A stretch of DNA of 60,975 nt from Patescibacteria group bacterium (GTDB lineage: Bacteria; Patescibacteriota; Minisyncoccia; Minisyncoccales; JAHCRE01). The DNA lies in NCBI GenBank assembly GCA_020148025.1, contig JAHCRH010000002.1, forward strand, positions 1 to 60,975, in the 5' to 3' direction. Of this stretch, positions 58,017-60,975 are shown in pieces. The notes beneath the pieces are model-generated. The model did no database searches, was not told the origin of the DNA, and saw only the letters and a program-made list of their open reading frames with translations. The position numbers and the translations under genes were made by a program. The stretch's first letter is position 1. Every line of letters begins with the position of its first letter.

Positions 58017-58967
58017 TTACTGGTTATTAATTACTGAATTGATTAACTTTTTCATTTCTTCAAATTTATTTTCTGATCCCAAAATCACATTTATTAAAAA
58101 ACCCTTATTTTTCGGGGCTTTCAAAACCAAAAGAAAACATCCTTTGGCTTCAGGAAGAAAGCCTGTTTTCCCCCCAACTGTTTGTGGTATTTCCCCCAAA
58201 AGTTCATTAGTATTTAAAAGTTTGTGATGGAAGACTCCGTCTGGTCCATAAAGATCAAATTCGGGTTCTCCCAAAATCTCCCAGATTAAAGGTCTTTCCA
58301 ACAAATGTTTTGTTAAAATAATTAGATCTTTTACACTCGACCGGTTTTCTGAAGAAATTCCAGTGGAATCTACAGAATAACTATTTTCCATTCCCAAAAA
58401 TTTTGCCTCCAAATTCATCAAACCAACAAACCCCTCCTCACCGATTATTTCTGTCAGCGCGAAGGCTGCGTCATTACTCGATTCAATTAGCATGATATAT
58501 AAAAGGTCTTTCACTGAGAGACGCTCCCCGATTTTTAGATCTCCAAAATCCTCTGTTTGAAAAACCGCCTCTTGAGAAATTTCAATAGTTTGGGAAAGAT
58601 CAGGATAATATTCCAAAACAACATTAGCAGTCATTAATTTAGCCAAGCTGGCAATTGGTAAAACTTTTTCAATTTCTTTTTCAAATAAGATTTTTTCCTC
58701 CCCATCTGGCTTTATCCATACAGAAACAACTGATTCCGCTTGAATTGCCAGAGGCCCGTCCTCTGGCAATTTGGGAATTTTTTGAGTTTCAAATTGCCTA
58801 ACATTCAGCTGGGCAATAAATATCTGAGGGTTTTCAATTATTTCCTGCCAAAAGAAAAGATCTTCCAAATTTTTTTCAAAGAGATTCATCCCCCACCAAA
58901 AAGGCAAACTAAATACTAAGGCAACAAAAAAATATTTTAGATTCTCGTATTTTAGAGTTTCAATCAT
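58017..58967 (-). CDS. D-Ala-D-Ala carboxypeptidase (peptidase S11)
   Basis: IASLAKLMT (SxxK), SSN, GKTG. Confidence 0.9.
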   Translation of the reverse strand: MIETLKYENLKYFFVALVFSLPFWWGMNLFEKNLEDLFFWQEIIENPQIFIAQLNVRQFETQKIPKLPEDGPLAIQAESVVSVWIKPDGEEKILFEKEIEKVLPIASLAKLMTANVVLEYYPDLSQTIEISQEAVFQTEDFGDLKIGERLSVKDLLYIMLIESSNDAAFALTEIIGEEGFVGLMNLEAKFLGMENSYSVDSTGISSENRSSVKDLIILTKHLLERPLIWEILGEPEFDLYGPDGVFHHKLLNTNELLGEIPQTVGGKTGFLPEAKGCFLLVLKAPKNKGFLINVILGSENKFEEMKKLINSVINNQ

Positions 58968-60336
58968 TTTTTTTCCTTGCCCGCCGAAGCCTCGGCGAAG
59001 GCGGGTTCTTTGGCTTTAAAGTAGATAGTCTTTGATCAATTCTTGCCATATCGCGAGGAAAGAAACTGGCCTCCCGAAGATTTTTTAATCCCAAAACTTG
59101 TTTTGTGATTCTTTCAGCTCCCAGAGCAAAACCACCTTCAGGTGGCATTCCATATTTGAAGGTCTGCAAATAAAATTTGAAATCTTTTACTTTTCCTCCA
59201 AATTTTTTTATATTTTTTAGAAGTTTTTCATATTCATGAATTCTCTGACCACCAGTAACTATTTCCATTCCTTTATAAAGAAGGTCGAAACTTAAAGTAT
59301 ATTCTGGATCTTCAGGGTCAGGATAGGTATAAAATGGTCGCTTTTTACTTGGGAAATGAGTAATAAAAACGAGTTCAGTGTTCTTTTTTTCTTTCGCCCA
59401 CTGGCAAATTTCTTTTTCATCTTCGGGTGTTAAATCTGCTTCTCGTCGGTTATCTCTTCCGGTACGTTCAAATATAATTTCCTGAGCTTCCCGCAATTTT
59501 AATCGAGGAATTGGAATTCCTAAACTGGGAATACTTTGGCCAAATATCTTTAATTCTTTTTTACAGTTTTTCTTCAAATCAGAAAAGATATTATAAATTA
59601 GAATCTGGCAGATATCCATCAAATCTTCCCAAGAATCAATAAAGCCCATCTCTACGTCTAAACTTATATATTCACACAAATGCCGGGTAGTGACACTGGG
59701 CTCAGCTCGGTAAGCCCTAGTAACAGTAAAAACTCGTTCAAAAACCCCAACTAAAATTTGTTTGTAAAGCTGGGGACTTTGGGCGAGATAAGCATCGTAA
59801 TCAAAATAATCAATACGGAAAACCTCAGCTCCACCTTCAGTAGCAACCGGCACAATTGTCGGGGCCTGAAACTCAAAAAAGCCCAAATCTTTCATATTCT
59901 TTCTAAAACTTTCAATAATTTTTTCTTGAACCCGAAAAATAGCTTTGATTTTCGGATGGCGCAATGTTATTGGCCGATAATCCAAAAGCGTAGGTAAGCT
60001 CACCTTTAATTCTTGATTCCTTAAATCAAAGGGAAGAGAAGCTGCTTTAGCTAAAATTTCAATTTTTGATACTTGAATTTCTATTTTGCCGGTTTCCAGT
60101 TTAGGATTTATCATATCAGCTGGCCTTTTATTAACTTTTCCCTCCACAGCTAAAACATATTCATCTTTTATATCCTTGGCTAATTTTGAAGGACAGACTA
60201 CCTGAACGATTCCGGATCTATCTCTTAAATCCAAAAAAACTATCCCTCCGTGGTCTCTTCTGGAATTTACCCATCCGCAAACCTTTACTTTTTTATTGAG
60301 TTTTTTTGCTGTTTCTATATTGAGAATTCTCTGCAT
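58960..60336 (-). CDS. aspS: Aspartate--tRNA(Asp/Asn) ligase, archaeal/non-discriminating type
   Basis: RDHGG, LAQSPQLYKQ, GMPPEGGFALG; short form lacking the bacterial GAD insert. Confidence 0.92.
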   Translation of the reverse strand: MQRILNIETAKKLNKKVKVCGWVNSRRDHGGIVFLDLRDRSGIVQVVCPSKLAKDIKDEYVLAVEGKVNKRPADMINPKLETGKIEIQVSKIEILAKAASLPFDLRNQELKVSLPTLLDYRPITLRHPKIKAIFRVQEKIIESFRKNMKDLGFFEFQAPTIVPVATEGGAEVFRIDYFDYDAYLAQSPQLYKQILVGVFERVFTVTRAYRAEPSVTTRHLCEYISLDVEMGFIDSWEDLMDICQILIYNIFSDLKKNCKKELKIFGQSIPSLGIPIPRLKLREAQEIIFERTGRDNRREADLTPEDEKEICQWAKEKKNTELVFITHFPSKKRPFYTYPDPEDPEYTLSFDLLYKGMEIVTGGQRIHEYEKLLKNIKKFGGKVKDFKFYLQTFKYGMPPEGGFALGAERITKQVLGLKNLREASFFPRDMARIDQRLSTLKPKNPPSPRLRRARKKND

Positions 60337-60338
60337 AG

Positions 60339-60710
60339 TTATTTGGGTAAGTAATGTTTAATTTTCTCGACGATTTCTTGGGGGGTGAAGTCGGTCTTAA
60401 TTATGTATTCTTTAGCGCCCAATTCTAAAGCCTTTTTTCTTACATCAGGATGATCGTAATTTGAGAGAGCGACAACTGGAATTGAGGCAATTTCTGGATC
60501 TTTCTTTCTCTCTTCTAGGAGGAAAATTCCATCTTTTTCGGGCAGTAAAATATCAAGAATTATTAAATCCGGTTTTTCTTTTTTAGCCAATTTTAACCCC
60601 TTCTCAGCATCAATTGATAAAATCATCTCATAACCCTCCTGAGAAAACTTCTCTTTATACATCTCAAGCAAAATTTTTTCGTCCTCAATTAACAAGATTT
60701 TTTTTGCCAT
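60339..60710 (-). CDS. Single-domain response regulator
   Basis: ILLIEDE, PDLIILDILLP. Confidence 0.92.
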   Translation of the reverse strand: MAKKILLIEDEKILLEMYKEKFSQEGYEMILSIDAEKGLKLAKKEKPDLIILDILLPEKDGIFLLEERKKDPEIASIPVVALSNYDHPDVRKKALELGAKEYIIKTDFTPQEIVEKIKHYLPK

Positions 60711-60724
60711 AATTTCAAATTTTT

Positions 60725-60975
60725 TTAACTTTTTACTGGAAGCTCTATGTAGAAAGTTGAGCCTTTATCTTTCCCCGGAGATTCAGCCCATACCTTGCCT
60801 TGGTGCATCTCGACGAATTTCCGGGCGATATAAAGACCCAAACCTGTCCCTTCTGTCCAAAGTCGCATTCCGGCCCTTCCTCGAGTCATAACTTCAAAAA
60901 GTATATCAATCTCCCCTTTCTCCATTCCAACCCCGGTATCAGAAACCTTTATTCTTAATTCAGAATTCATTCTCC
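60725..60975 (-). CDS. Sensor histidine kinase, C-terminal HATPase (partial)
   Basis: DTGVG, GTGLGL, GSTF. Confidence 0.92.
   Translation of the reverse strand, partial: RMNSELRIKVSDTGVGMEKGEIDILFEVMTRGRAGMRLWTEGTGLGLYIARKFVEMHQGKVWAESPGKDKGSTFYIELPVKS

Overview
Low-GC bacterial chromosome segment that looks like a Patescibacteria/CPR (Parcubacteria-like) genome. This is inferred from gene content and style, not from a database search. The left arm (1-5.3 kb, mostly + strand) holds dnaJ 3' end, tRNA-Lys, ctpA, rplI, pyrG, rpmA and uppS. The right arm (49.5-61 kb, - strand) holds gltX, murG, ftsW, murD, murL, mraY, a DD-carboxypeptidase, archaeal-type aspS and a two-component pair. Between them lies a ~43-kb accessory region (~6.07-49.36 kb) centred on a switch in gene orientation at a single XerC/D-type tyrosine recombinase (8419-9375), consistent with a replication terminus. 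Main finding: about 14 full or half dif-like sites (11-6-11; arms TTGTGCGAC / TTGYGAGAC) mark both island ends and bracket gene modules. Most small cargo genes are separated by a few standardised spacer repeats: a palindrome plus extended -10 promoter giving leaderless starts, a conserved terminator, a KOPS-containing hairpin, and a CCCGAGA palindrome. Together this looks like a Xer/dif-driven, integron-like cassette platform. Cargo includes a defence cluster (R-M genes, SIR2+DUF262, PIN, nuclease-EVE, HhH glycosylase) and two copies of a putative structured ncRNA with a conserved scaffold and variable interior. No CRISPR array, rRNA, IntI or transposase was seen.
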